In this document: positions 25,080-34,864 of the stretch, in pieces
Numbering within the stretch: the first letter of the stretch is position 1
Layout of the letters: every line of letters begins with the position of its first letter
Origin: Bacteroidota bacterium
Lineage (GTDB): Bacteria > Bacteroidota > Ignavibacteria > Kryptoniales > JAKASW01
Assembly: GCA_021794075.1 (NCBI GenBank)
Contig: JAJYRM010000005.1
Coordinates: 6,620 to 70,619, forward strand
DNA: 64,000 nucleotides
Direction of reading: 5' to 3'
Position numbers and translations under genes: made by a program
Notes under the pieces: generated by a model
Database searches by the model: none
The model's input: only the letters and a program-made list of their open reading frames with translations
Told to the model about the DNA's origin: nothing

Positions 25080-26228
25080 TCAGCCTCCAGGTGTGACGCA
25101 CGATGTTCCGAAAGTAAATGAGTATGCCGCAAGTGCATCCGATGAGGGGACAAGCGTCAAAATATGCCTGCCATACTTTCTGCACTTGACGAGATCATAC
25201 ATGCCGGGATTGGTCACCGTGAAGAAAGTCTTTCCCAACCTATTCATCCTCATGCCGGCAGGCCGATCCCTTATCGGAACCGGCAGACTATCCAGATAGA
25301 CATACACACGAACCGGACCTCGTTTCTCATCAGGAGATAGCGACTTGAAATCCGATCTCAGCACGAGATTTACAGAAGCAGCAGCGTAGTTCAAAAGTAT
25401 CTTACCGCCAGCTTCTTCCCCAGCGTATCGCGCGTATTGACCCCGGACTTTCCACTTTCCTACCAGATAAAACCTGTTTTTCTTTATGGACTTCGGCGGA
25501 CGATAATCCGCAATGCGGTCGTCGGTGTATCCCTGACTGTTGCCGATGTGCCCCCTTTTATATCCCAGGTAAGTCTCAGAGGTTGGAAGGTAACAGACAG
25601 CGCCCGGTACGTCTGTGGGTCGAAGAGGCCGCATCAGAGGAGGGAATTTCAGTTTGTGATTCCCCTTCCGGAGTAGCTTCCTGATCATCTGCTCCGAATT
25701 TCCGTACTCGCCTTCCCCGACGTGAACATAGCAAAGAATGCCTCGACGATTAAAGAGATATTCTTCGGGCCATGACTGATTGCCGAATTCCCTCCAGAGC
25801 GCGAAATTGTTGTCCATGACGATCGGATACTTCAAGCCGAATTGCTCAACTGCCTTCTCGAGATTAGCCCGCTTTCGGGCAAAGAGGAATTCAGGTGAGT
25901 GTATCCCGATGATGACGAGGCCGTCTTTCGCGTAACGCTTGTACCATTCTTTCAGGTATGGAAGTGTCCTGATACAGTTGACGCATGTATAATCCCAGAA
26001 ATCCACCAGTACAACCTTCCCCCGAAGGTTGTCTACTATGTCGGGAGAAGCGTTAAGCCAGTCCGTAGCCGGCAATTCAGGCAAAGAAGGCATTTTGACT
26101 TGCAGATATTCAATATCCCCGGGCGCGTAATCAGGATTCGTATACACTTTCGTCCCTCCGACGAACGCGCAACCGCTCAGGAACGATGTAGCGGTGATTA
26201 TGGTGACAATTATGAAGCGGCGTTTCAT
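25080..26228 (-). CDS. Thioredoxin-fold (TlpA/redoxin, DipZ-like) lipoprotein with a C-terminal beta-rich domain
   Basis: Lipobox FLSGCA. Redox motif VLVDFWDYTCVNCIRTLPYLKEWY (CxxC). Confidence 0.8.
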   Translation of the reverse strand: MKRRFIIVTIITATSFLSGCAFVGGTKVYTNPDYAPGDIEYLQVKMPSLPELPATDWLNASPDIVDNLRGKVVLVDFWDYTCVNCIRTLPYLKEWYKRYAKDGLVIIGIHSPEFLFARKRANLEKAVEQFGLKYPIVMDNNFALWREFGNQSWPEEYLFNRRGILCYVHVGEGEYGNSEQMIRKLLRKGNHKLKFPPLMRPLRPTDVPGAVCYLPTSETYLGYKRGHIGNSQGYTDDRIADYRPPKSIKKNRFYLVGKWKVRGQYARYAGEEAGGKILLNYAAASVNLVLRSDFKSLSPDEKRGPVRVYVYLDSLPVPIRDRPAGMRMNRLGKTFFTVTNPGMYDLVKCRKYGRHILTLVPSSDALAAYSFTFGTSCVTPGG

Positions 26229-26336
26229 TCATCCTCCTCGTTGTGTACATCCATCAATTAGCAGGTGCGCAAGGTGCGTTTCGGGTAACCTGCCCGTTGT
26301 ACACAACTAACAACCTTCAGAGCGAAAGTTGTTCCC

Positions 26337-26807
26337 TCAGGGGACGACGAATTCGTGCTCGTGGGGACGGATGGTAAGCACCGGGCAAGGAGCCTTCCTC
26401 ACCACCTTATCTGCGGTGCTTCCAAAGAGAACATGATCCATGCCTGTTCTGCCATGCGAAGAAATGACTATGAGGTCTGTGTTTTCAGACTTTGCTACTT
26501 CGACGATTTCGATGAATGGTTTGCCAATTCTGATGATTGGAGTGGCCTTGATACCGGTTGGAATTTCTCTCGCGACGAGTTCGGTCAGCTGCTCCTCGCT
26601 ATGTTTCCTGATTTCTTCTTCCATTGCCGGAATGCTTACCTGCCCGAAGCTGAAATCGGCAGGATAGACTATCGGTTCGACGATGTGAAGGACAATCAGC
26701 TCCGATTTGAAGAGCTCCGCGAAAGTCACGGCATACTTCAGCGCATGAAGGGAATATTCTGAGAAATCCTGCGGCACAAGGATCTTTTTTAGACTAACGG
26801 TCGACAT
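26337..26807 (-). CDS. Universal stress protein (UspA family)
   Basis: KKILVPQDFSEYS, DLIVISSHGRTG and GSTADKVVRKAPCPVLTI. Confidence 0.9.
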   Translation of the reverse strand: MSTVSLKKILVPQDFSEYSLHALKYAVTFAELFKSELIVLHIVEPIVYPADFSFGQVSIPAMEEEIRKHSEEQLTELVAREIPTGIKATPIIRIGKPFIEIVEVAKSENTDLIVISSHGRTGMDHVLFGSTADKVVRKAPCPVLTIRPHEHEFVVP

Positions 26808-27363
26808 CTTCTTTTCCCCCTACGTTTTTCTCTAACCTTTCGAGATTGGCGCTCGCGTTACCGAGTTGCTCATTCGTTATCCTCAGACGCGTCCCGATTA
26901 CCTCGCCGAGTTTGAAGAGAATCTTCGTACCGGATTTCGGAGAACGGTTGAGGAGATCTATAAGATCAGGCCTGAAAAATCCTATGATGCGGGAATGTCC
27001 TTTGGCGATAGCAGATGCGCTTCGTGGGGATTCATCGAGGAGAGACAGCTCCCCAAAAAAATCGCCTGTCTTGAGAACCGCCAGCGTCTTCTGAACACCA
27101 GCCTGGTCGGTAAACATTATCTCTACCTGGCCATCCTGGACCACGTACATGCCGAGTCCCGGATCTCCCTGACTAAAAACAAATTCGTTGGACGTGTATT
27201 CCCTTTTGTGAACTATGGCCGCCAGCTTACGAAGTTCCCTGGCCGTCAGTTGGGAAAAGATGGGAACGCTCGCAAGCAGAGCCTCGAGCGAGTTATCTTC
27301 TTCCGACCTCTTCCTGAAGAAGTTAGACCATAAGCTATTTTGACCCAGTATCTCCTGTGCCAT
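26794..27363 (-). CDS. Stand-alone cyclic-nucleotide-binding domain protein
   Basis: cNMP-binding barrel motif GDFFGELSLLDESPRSASAIA with no recognisable output domain. It overlaps the usp start by 14 nt. Confidence 0.85.
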   Translation of the reverse strand: MAQEILGQNSLWSNFFRKRSEEDNSLEALLASVPIFSQLTARELRKLAAIVHKREYTSNEFVFSQGDPGLGMYVVQDGQVEIMFTDQAGVQKTLAVLKTGDFFGELSLLDESPRSASAIAKGHSRIIGFFRPDLIDLLNRSPKSGTKILFKLGEVIGTRLRITNEQLGNASANLERLEKNVGGKEDVDR

Positions 27364-27374
27364 CGCCCGCAGAG

Positions 27375-28298
27375 TTAGTCATAAACGAAAGTAAGCCAAT
27401 CGTGCTTGTCTTCTCCGTCCTTCACTACTTTGAAGAACCGTTTCTGCATCTCGCGAGTAACGGGCCCCGGTTTTCCTGTGCCCACTTTTATTTTATCGAC
27501 GGACCTTATCGGGGTAATTTCGGCGGCCGTTCCGGCAAAGAACACTTCGTCGGCGAGATAGAGTATCTCGCGAAGCATGGTTTCTTCTCTTACTTCGATG
27601 CCTGCTTCCTTCGCCAGTTCCATGATAGTGACTCTGGTAATCCCGGGGAGTATAGCAGACTTGACAGGACTGGTAAACATCACTCCGTCATGCACGACAA
27701 AAACATTTTCACCGCTTCCTTCGCTGATATACCCCTCCGCGTCGAGGGCAATTCCTTCCGAGTAACCGTTCGCAATCGCCTCGAGCTTTATGAGCTGCGA
27801 GTTCATGTAATTGCCGCCGGTCTTTGCCATCGTCGGGAAGGTGTCTGGCATTGGACGTCTCCAGCTGGAGACGCAAACATCGATGCCGTTATCGAGCGCT
27901 TCCGAACCTAGATACTGTCCCCATTCCCAAACGGCCACTACCGTATCGACCGGATTATTCGCAGGGTTAACGCCGACGTCGCCGTAACCTCTGAAAGCTA
28001 TCGGACGGACATAACACGACTTCATCTTGTTGGCACGTATCGTGTCGAGCACGGCGGCTTTCATTTGTTCGCGGGTATAAGGGATTTCAGTACGATAAAT
28101 CTTTGCAGAGTTCTCGAGACGTTTCAAATGCTCTTCCAGCCTGAACACGCCTGCGCCTCTGGCGGTGTCGTAGCAGCGTATTCCCTCGAACCAGCTTGTC
28201 CCATAATGGACCACGTGTGAAAGGACATGTATCTTCGCATCGTCCCAATTAACCAGCTTCCCGTTCATCCAAATCTTATCTACTTTCTTAACTGCCAT
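27375..28298 (-). CDS. ilvE: Branched-chain-amino-acid aminotransferase (class IV)
   Basis: 307 aa with HVVHYGTSWFEGIRCY, RGYGDVGVNP and AAEITPIRSVD. Confidence 0.9.
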   Translation of the reverse strand: MAVKKVDKIWMNGKLVNWDDAKIHVLSHVVHYGTSWFEGIRCYDTARGAGVFRLEEHLKRLENSAKIYRTEIPYTREQMKAAVLDTIRANKMKSCYVRPIAFRGYGDVGVNPANNPVDTVVAVWEWGQYLGSEALDNGIDVCVSSWRRPMPDTFPTMAKTGGNYMNSQLIKLEAIANGYSEGIALDAEGYISEGSGENVFVVHDGVMFTSPVKSAILPGITRVTIMELAKEAGIEVREETMLREILYLADEVFFAGTAAEITPIRSVDKIKVGTGKPGPVTREMQKRFFKVVKDGEDKHDWLTFVYD

Positions 28299-28317
28299 TT
28301 TACTCGATGTCCTCCGC

Positions 28318-29436
28318 TTAAAATTCTTTCTTATATACTCGATAAGTCTTATAGCGCTCCGCGTTCATCAGGTCGGCGCTCCGGTTCATCATCAGGTTAT
28401 CCTCGAGCACCCACGAGGCTTCTCCGTCAAAGTATCCGCGTGCTATACCTCTCTTCGCCGTTTCGTGGAACAATACCGCGGCTATTCCGGTCTGCTGATA
28501 ACTATGGATTACGCCGAGCACCATAATCCTTAGCCAGTGTATATCTTTCTTCTTCGTAAGCAGATGATACACACCGGGAAGAATATGTCCTTTTTTGTTG
28601 AACTTCAACGCATAATTGATATCCGGAAGCGAGAGGGCAAATCCAACCGGCTTCCCCTTTGCCAAAGCGAATATCGCGAGGTCAGGGACCACTACCTGCT
28701 TGAGATCTTCCGCGAGGAAGTCAAACTCTTCATCCGTCATCGGTACGAAGCCCCAGTTTTTACTCCACGCTTCGTTGTAGACTTCTTTGACGAGCTTTAT
28801 TTCATCGTTGATATTCTTCATGTTAATGCTTCTGAATGTGAGCTCTTCCTTATGAGTCACCATCCTCGAAACACGTTCAAGCTTTTCAGTGAATACCCTG
28901 TCCTTTGACACGTGATAAGCGTAAAGATCTTTTTCCTTCTTCAATCCATAGTTCGTGAACAAATCCAAATAGTACTTAGGATTATATGTCATAAGGACCA
29001 GCGGACTGCTGTCGAACCCTTCCACGAGAAGACCGACCTCGTCGTTTGTTGACGGGTTCATCGGACCGCGCATCGAGGAGAAGCCTTTCTTCACGATCCA
29101 ATCTTTGGCTGTGTCGAGAAGACTATTCGCGACCTGCTGATCGTTTATCGACTCGAAAAATCCGAAGAAGCCGATTTCCTCATTATGGAACTTGTTGTGA
29201 TTGTAATTAATTATGGCCGCGATCCTCCCTACAAGCTCGCCATCCTTTCTCGCCAGAAACATTTCCATATCGGAGTGCTTGTAGAAGGGATTTTTCTTTG
29301 TATTCAAGAGTTTTTTTCGGTCCATGAGCAGCGGAGGAACCCAGTAAGGATCCCCCTTATAAATCTTCCACTGAAGTTTTATAAAAGCCATGAGGTCCTT
29401 GTCGGTGCGAACGGGTTCGACGGTAATATTGCTCAT
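28318..29436 (-). CDS. GNAT-like acyltransferase-fold protein of unknown specificity
   Basis: Start at ATG 29436 (MSNITVEPVRTD), preceded by GAGGA. Features are LVGRIAAIINYNHNKFHNEEIGFFGFFE and a second half with GIAAVLFHETAKRGIARGY (acyl-CoA-binding-like). The family assignment is tentative. Confidence 0.55.
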   Translation of the reverse strand: MSNITVEPVRTDKDLMAFIKLQWKIYKGDPYWVPPLLMDRKKLLNTKKNPFYKHSDMEMFLARKDGELVGRIAAIINYNHNKFHNEEIGFFGFFESINDQQVANSLLDTAKDWIVKKGFSSMRGPMNPSTNDEVGLLVEGFDSSPLVLMTYNPKYYLDLFTNYGLKKEKDLYAYHVSKDRVFTEKLERVSRMVTHKEELTFRSINMKNINDEIKLVKEVYNEAWSKNWGFVPMTDEEFDFLAEDLKQVVVPDLAIFALAKGKPVGFALSLPDINYALKFNKKGHILPGVYHLLTKKKDIHWLRIMVLGVIHSYQQTGIAAVLFHETAKRGIARGYFDGEASWVLEDNLMMNRSADLMNAERYKTYRVYKKEF

Positions 29437-29491
29437 CTGGTTTCCTCTGTTTAGTGCTACACTAGTAGAATTAAGGTTTAAAGCCTGATCT

Positions 29492-30727
29492 TCAGGCAAT
29501 GACTCCAAGCTCTTTGCCGATGACTCCAAAAAGCTCCACAATCTTATCGAGATGCTCCTTTTCATGAGTCGCCATGTAACTGGTCCTCAACAACTCACCT
29601 CCAGGAGGCACGCCGGGCCGGACAAAAGCGTTCGCATAGACGCCGGCATCGAAGAGCTTCTTCCAGAAAAGGAGAGTCTTCATGGTCTCGCCGATAATCA
29701 CGGGAACGATCGCCGTCTTGTTCTCATACACTTTGAAACCGAGCTGCTTCAACCCTTGTCTGACTCTATCTGCATTACTTATGAGCCTGTCCACGCGCTC
29801 CGGCTCTTCTTCAAGTATCTTCAGCGCTTCGATCGTCGCCGCGACAGATGCAGGCGTCGGACTCGCGCTGAAAATATAGGCCGGAGAGTTGTGCCTTAGG
29901 TAGTTTATGACAGCCTTACTACCAACTACAAACCCGCCAAGCGAGGCGAAAGTCTTCGAAAACGTTCCCATCACAAGGTCGACATCGTTGTCGAGTCCGA
30001 AATAGCTCGCCGTTCCTCGTCCGCCCTTCCCTATCACACCCACGGAGTGAGCGTCGTCTAGCATTATTCTCGCGTTGTACTTCTTCGCGACCTTAACCAT
30101 CCCCGGCAAATCAACTATATCCCCGCTGGTCGAGAATACTCCGTCCGAGACGATCAGTTTCGGAGCCTCCAGCGGAAGACGTGATACGACGCTTTCAAGG
30201 TTCTGCACGTCGTTGTGCTTGTACCTTACCAGCTCAGCGGTCTGCCCTTTTGATATGAGCGTGCCGAGGACAATGCAGGCATGGTTATCACGATCCGAGA
30301 TTACATATTCACCGTGCCCAACAAGCGTCGAAATGACGCCGAGCGCGGTCTGGAAACCAGTGGAATAAGTAAGGCACGCCTCCTTGCCCATGAACTTCGC
30401 GAGGCGTTCTTCAAGCTCGATATGGAGATCGACAGTGCCGGTCAGATACCGGGAGCCCGAGCATCCGGTCCCATACTTCTCGATAGCCTTCTTGGCCGCT
30501 TCCTGGACTCTCGGGTGGGTCGTCAGGCCGAGGTAATTGTTGGATCCGGCCATTACGACTTTCCTGCCGCCGATCATGACTACCGGTCCCTCGTTTTCCT
30601 GGAACGCATGTGAATATGGATAGAGTCCCTGCTTCTTTACCTCGTCTGCAAGCGTGTAATCATTGCACTTCTGAAATATGTCCAATCGAGTTTGCCTCCT
30701 ATTAGTGGATGTGGAAACTGTTTCCAT
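29492..30727 (-). CDS. PLP-dependent alpha-oxoamine synthase (serine palmitoyltransferase / KBL / BioF family)
   Basis: [31 protein letters not shown] and the Schiff-base lysine in [12 protein letters not shown]. Confidence 0.85.
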   Translation of the reverse strand: METVSTSTNRRQTRLDIFQKCNDYTLADEVKKQGLYPYSHAFQENEGPVVMIGGRKVVMAGSNNYLGLTTHPRVQEAAKKAIEKYGTGCSGSRYLTGTVDLHIELEERLAKFMGKEACLTYSTGFQTALGVISTLVGHGEYVISDRDNHACIVLGTLISKGQTAELVRYKHNDVQNLESVVSRLPLEAPKLIVSDGVFSTSGDIVDLPGMVKVAKKYNARIMLDDAHSVGVIGKGGRGTASYFGLDNDVDLVMGTFSKTFASLGGFVVGSKAVINYLRHNSPAYIFSASPTPASVAATIEALKILEEEPERVDRLISNADRVRQGLKQLGFKVYENKTAIVPVIIGETMKTLLFWKKLFDAGVYANAFVRPGVPPGGELLRTSYMATHEKEHLDKIVELFGVIGKELGVIA

Positions 30728-30838
30728 CGTTTTTTAAATATATATTTCAGGTCAGAAAAATGCTAACCGAGGCTCTTCGGCACGTTTTCATGTCGAAGTT
30801 CATCTTACCCAAACTTTTCCCCATGCCCTCCTCCCAAT

Positions 30839-32029
30839 TCATTCCTCCGGATTTGCTTCGCACTTCTCAATGTCTTTTGCCTTCCCACTCCCGCCGATGC
30901 TGAGGACGAGATAAGGAACACAAAAAATAAAATATCCGACGTCGAACCTGTTTCTCAGGAACACGCCCTGCCAACCGACGTCAACTACTCTCGCGACAAA
31001 TGCCCAGAGGACAAGAAGGAAAAGCAGGATACCCGCATAGAAGAAAATATCTTCTATGTCTTTTGACGATAATCCGATAACAATCGAAAGCACGAGCGAT
31101 ACGCCCATCATCCAGAACGGCACATAGCCGAACTGCACAGCGAATGGTCCGTCTAACATAAACTCACGGGAGTTCCAAATAATGAACGGAAGGAATGTCG
31201 CGAAAAAAACGGCAATCACCGTCAGTGAAAAAATGAGCCCGTTGAAAAGACTCTTTTTCAGGAATTTGAACACGACGTACGGAGAATAAAGGAGCGCCAC
31301 TATGCTTCTCGTTGAAAGAGCCAGTCCCAGCAGTATAGCAGTGAAGAAAAAGTTTGAGTCTCGCTTTGATGGATCGACACGTTCATCAGCCACAAGCATG
31401 AGAACGGCAATTAAAGACATGTTAAAGAGTAACTCGCTTCTTGTAACAAGCTCGTAATAGGTTGTGGGTAGAAGCATCATGATCATCAACTGCATCTTAG
31501 CCCTTTGAGAGTCACGACCGCTTAAGATCAGCGCGGAAATCCCGAATAACAATATTCCAGCGGCTTCCAGCAGCCCCGTATTCCCCAGGAGATAGAACGG
31601 GCTCGCTGCAAAGAAAAGGCCCGGAAACGCGGACGGATTCAGCGAAGTACCGTACGGATAATGCCCACTGAAAAGGGCATTGAGCCATGCGGTGATGGCG
31701 GGGAGTCTGCTCACATCACTTCTATCCGGCAAAACTACCACCGCGATTATTGAAGCCAGGGTCATGAAAGATATTAGCAGTAACGCGTTAAGATGAAATT
31801 TCTGAAGGATCCTTTTTCTATCCGCTTCCGTCAACCCCCAAACCGCGACGAGGAAGACCGCGACATAAAGAATACCATCTATCCAGCCGTGAGACATGTG
31901 CCGCCCGGCATACTTCAAGACAAAAACCCCGCCGACAAAGCTGAGGATCGCGGCGGCTAAGAAGCTACGCGGATTGTAAGAAGCTTTTCCCAAAGGAGTT
32001 GATATTGATTCGTTGTGGAGTGCGCTCAC
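30839..32029 (-). CDS. Polytopic integral membrane protein (~10 TM), family not recognised
   Basis: Hydrophobic helices are spread over the whole 396 aa with no soluble domain. The topology resembles GT-C or O-antigen-polymerase-like proteins, but I recognised no diagnostic motif. Confidence 0.6.
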   Translation of the reverse strand: MSALHNESISTPLGKASYNPRSFLAAAILSFVGGVFVLKYAGRHMSHGWIDGILYVAVFLVAVWGLTEADRKRILQKFHLNALLLISFMTLASIIAVVVLPDRSDVSRLPAITAWLNALFSGHYPYGTSLNPSAFPGLFFAASPFYLLGNTGLLEAAGILLFGISALILSGRDSQRAKMQLMIMMLLPTTYYELVTRSELLFNMSLIAVLMLVADERVDPSKRDSNFFFTAILLGLALSTRSIVALLYSPYVVFKFLKKSLFNGLIFSLTVIAVFFATFLPFIIWNSREFMLDGPFAVQFGYVPFWMMGVSLVLSIVIGLSSKDIEDIFFYAGILLFLLVLWAFVARVVDVGWQGVFLRNRFDVGYFIFCVPYLVLSIGGSGKAKDIEKCEANPEE

Positions 32030-32120
32030 AGAGGGAGAACCGGTTGAGAATATGATCTTAGAAGATTAGAATACGGCGCCGTCGGGTGAGTGACGTCAAA
32101 GGGAAAATACAGACGGGCCT

Positions 32121-34361
32121 CTACTTGTGAATCAACGCGATCTTTGTGACAGAACTTTGGCTGCCGTCAGAACTATAGGCCACGACAATATAAACTCCTG
32201 TAGGCAGAATATTCCCAGATTGATCGGTGCCGTTCCAGTAAGCGACATTTCCTCCCTGGGCTTGGAACTGGTCAACCAACTTACCGTCGATGCTGAATAT
32301 TTTTATCTCGCTGTTGGCGACCAGCCCTTCGATGTGGATTGGCTGTGAAATCGGAAGAACCGCCGGATCAGGGAAAACTTTTAGCTTCGCGAAACTCTGC
32401 AGAGGGAGTTTGACTCCGGTCTTCAGCTCGGTAATTCCATATTCGGTTGCCATGTAAACTATTCCGTCCTTCCTGTCGCAGGCGATCGAAACAACTTTGT
32501 CGCTTGGGAGAGGACTATTAGCAGTGTTGTAACTTGCTACCGATGTGTTGCCATCATTGGAAATGACATACACGCCAGTGTTGGTTGCCACCCATTTTTG
32601 GTCGAGCGCATCATAATCAATGGAGTTTATGAACTGGTCGTATAACGAATAAATCGTACTTATATAAAAAACGTTTGCTGGGTCCGGGTCATATATGGCC
32701 ATAAGCCCAAGTGACGTTCCGATCCAAACCTGGTCGTCGTTGTCCACGACGACGGAGTTAACCTGGTTGCTCAGCAGGCTTGAGTTGTTAGTGGTGAAGA
32801 GGTATGACTGATCATCCGAGAGATTATCAAGCGTCCCGTTATCGTTATAATAGAAAAGGCCGCCGTAACCGATCCCCGATGCCTGGCCGAAGGCATCTCC
32901 CGTCCAGACGCCGTTGTAAGCGTCGATCGCGATCGGAATGAAGGCAGAAGTCTGTCCCAAGCCATTATGAAATGAATGCCACGTAGAGTCCGAGGGTGAA
33001 TATACATCGAGGGAGTTGCCGTTGTATGCAAGAGGGTTGGTAATCCATATGTTGCCGGACTGATCACACGCCGCATTGCCAACGAGAACATAGTTCGCGC
33101 TATTCGGCTCCCCCACTAAAGTAGAGTTGGTGTTACCGTAGTACTTGGTCGTATCTCCCGACATCATCAGCATGCCGAATCCCCATGTCCCCAGTATGAT
33201 TTTGTTTCCGCAAACCGCGCTCACGTATTTCACGTTCTGGTTTGACTTCAACTGAGGGAGGTTGCTCTGATAATAATTCTTCCAGTTCGTGCCGTTGAAT
33301 TCCATGAAGGCTACACCGGCGGGATCACCATTATTTGCAGCGCACCAGAGATTGCCGGACGAATCCACAGCAAGATCAGATATTGTATTCGTGGCAGGCC
33401 CGGGCGGAAGCAAAAACTGGCTTGATGCTCCGACGACTAACATCCCGTTTGCGGTCGCAGCAAACATGAGCGTATCTGAATACTGCGCCACCCCGTTAAG
33501 CTGAGTACCTCCGGAATAGAGCGTTTTAAAGGAACCATCAGTCGAGCTCAAGCTATACAAGCCAGAAGCAGCATTCACGAGGAGATCCGAAGATGTCGGC
33601 GTCAATGTGTGGATACCGCCGCTCGGCGATCCTGTGACAAGCTGGAATGTAAATCCATCGCTCGTATAATAGAGTCCGCCCTTCGTCGCGACGAACAATT
33701 TCCCATCGAAAACTTCAAGGTCATTTACGCCGTTGGCAAGTCCGAGCGTATCCGCGAGCCGCCACAAGTCGGGGGCGGCGAGGTTGATCGCCGACGTCGG
33801 CGCATATGAAAGGCCGAATTGGCTTCCCACATAAATTCTTCCGCCGAAAACTGCGACGGCGTTCGACTGTATTGAACCCTGCTTGGGATCGAAATGGGAA
33901 TACGTATCCAACACATTGAAACTCTTGCGCGAGATCAGGACTACTCCAAACGGGGTACTCGCGAAGATCGTATCGCCGGCAATGGAGAGCGACGTAATTT
34001 CTTTGGTAAGGGCGGAGAAATCAACGATGCCTCGCTGCGACCTGATAACCCTTCCCGTAGAATCCAGCTCATCAATGGCGCCGTTCACCTCACCGACAAT
34101 CAAACGCCCCGAAGAATCGGAGCATATCGCAGTCGCCTGTATGTTTGAGAGTCCTTCTGTGGTCGTGAATTCAGAAAAAGCTCCAGTCGAGGGAGCATAT
34201 GAGAATACGCCACCGGTAGTGGCCGCCCACACTTTCCCGCCTGAAACGGCAATCCCGCTTATGTCGTACATGCTCGTGTAGTTCTTCCACGTCAAGGTTT
34301 GCGAAAATGCGGAACCGGCAACCGCCAGCGAGAAAAAAAAGAGAGAGAGTCTTCGGATCAT
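32121..34361 (-). CDS. Secreted beta-propeller repeat protein (two-component-regulator-propeller type) with a T9SS C-terminal sorting domain
   Basis: Signal peptide with cleavage at AFS/QT. Repeated propeller blades are present. The last ~80 aa (KVFPDPA...IKIFSIDGKLV...GVYIVVAYS...IALIHK) fit the Por secretion tail pattern. Confidence 0.8.
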   Translation of the reverse strand: MIRRLSLFFFSLAVAGSAFSQTLTWKNYTSMYDISGIAVSGGKVWAATTGGVFSYAPSTGAFSEFTTTEGLSNIQATAICSDSSGRLIVGEVNGAIDELDSTGRVIRSQRGIVDFSALTKEITSLSIAGDTIFASTPFGVVLISRKSFNVLDTYSHFDPKQGSIQSNAVAVFGGRIYVGSQFGLSYAPTSAINLAAPDLWRLADTLGLANGVNDLEVFDGKLFVATKGGLYYTSDGFTFQLVTGSPSGGIHTLTPTSSDLLVNAASGLYSLSSTDGSFKTLYSGGTQLNGVAQYSDTLMFAATANGMLVVGASSQFLLPPGPATNTISDLAVDSSGNLWCAANNGDPAGVAFMEFNGTNWKNYYQSNLPQLKSNQNVKYVSAVCGNKIILGTWGFGMLMMSGDTTKYYGNTNSTLVGEPNSANYVLVGNAACDQSGNIWITNPLAYNGNSLDVYSPSDSTWHSFHNGLGQTSAFIPIAIDAYNGVWTGDAFGQASGIGYGGLFYYNDNGTLDNLSDDQSYLFTTNNSSLLSNQVNSVVVDNDDQVWIGTSLGLMAIYDPDPANVFYISTIYSLYDQFINSIDYDALDQKWVATNTGVYVISNDGNTSVASYNTANSPLPSDKVVSIACDRKDGIVYMATEYGITELKTGVKLPLQSFAKLKVFPDPAVLPISQPIHIEGLVANSEIKIFSIDGKLVDQFQAQGGNVAYWNGTDQSGNILPTGVYIVVAYSSDGSQSSVTKIALIHK

Positions 34362-34368
34362 TCGGCCA

Positions 34369-34830
34369 TCAAATATGTTTGAAAAGATTTACCATCTCGA
34401 TTGCATCTGCCGCGGCATCGAAACCTTTGTTTCCAGATTTGCCTCCGGCGCGATCGACGGCCTGTTCCAAAGAATCGGTTGTCAAGACACCGTAAACGAC
34501 AGGCACCTGCGCTGCCAACGAAAGCTGGCCGACACCTTTGGCCGATTCGCCAGCGACGTAATCAAAGTGAGGGGTCTCACCACGAATTACCGCGCCGAGA
34601 CATATTACTACGTCATGTTTCTTCGAGTCAATGACTCTTTTCGCGACGGACGGGATCTCGAATGCCCCCGGACATTTGTAAATATCTATGTCGTTTTCCG
34701 AAACCCCGCGTCGCACCAAACCATCTAGCGCTCCTGACAGCAGCCGGTCAGTGACCACACTATTAAATCTGCTCACGATAATCGCGATCTTCAGCCCTTT
34801 TCCGTCGAGTGCCCCTTCATGATTTACCAA
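34369..34830 (-). CDS. ribH: 6,7-dimethyl-8-ribityllumazine synthase
   Basis: KIAIIVSRFNSVVTDRLLSGALD, CPGAFEIP and GAVIRGETPHFDYV. Confidence 0.95.
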   Translation of the reverse strand: MVNHEGALDGKGLKIAIIVSRFNSVVTDRLLSGALDGLVRRGVSENDIDIYKCPGAFEIPSVAKRVIDSKKHDVVICLGAVIRGETPHFDYVAGESAKGVGQLSLAAQVPVVYGVLTTDSLEQAVDRAGGKSGNKGFDAAADAIEMVNLFKHI

Positions 34831-34864
34831 CTTTATTTCCTCCGTTCTGAAATGAATGCAAGCA

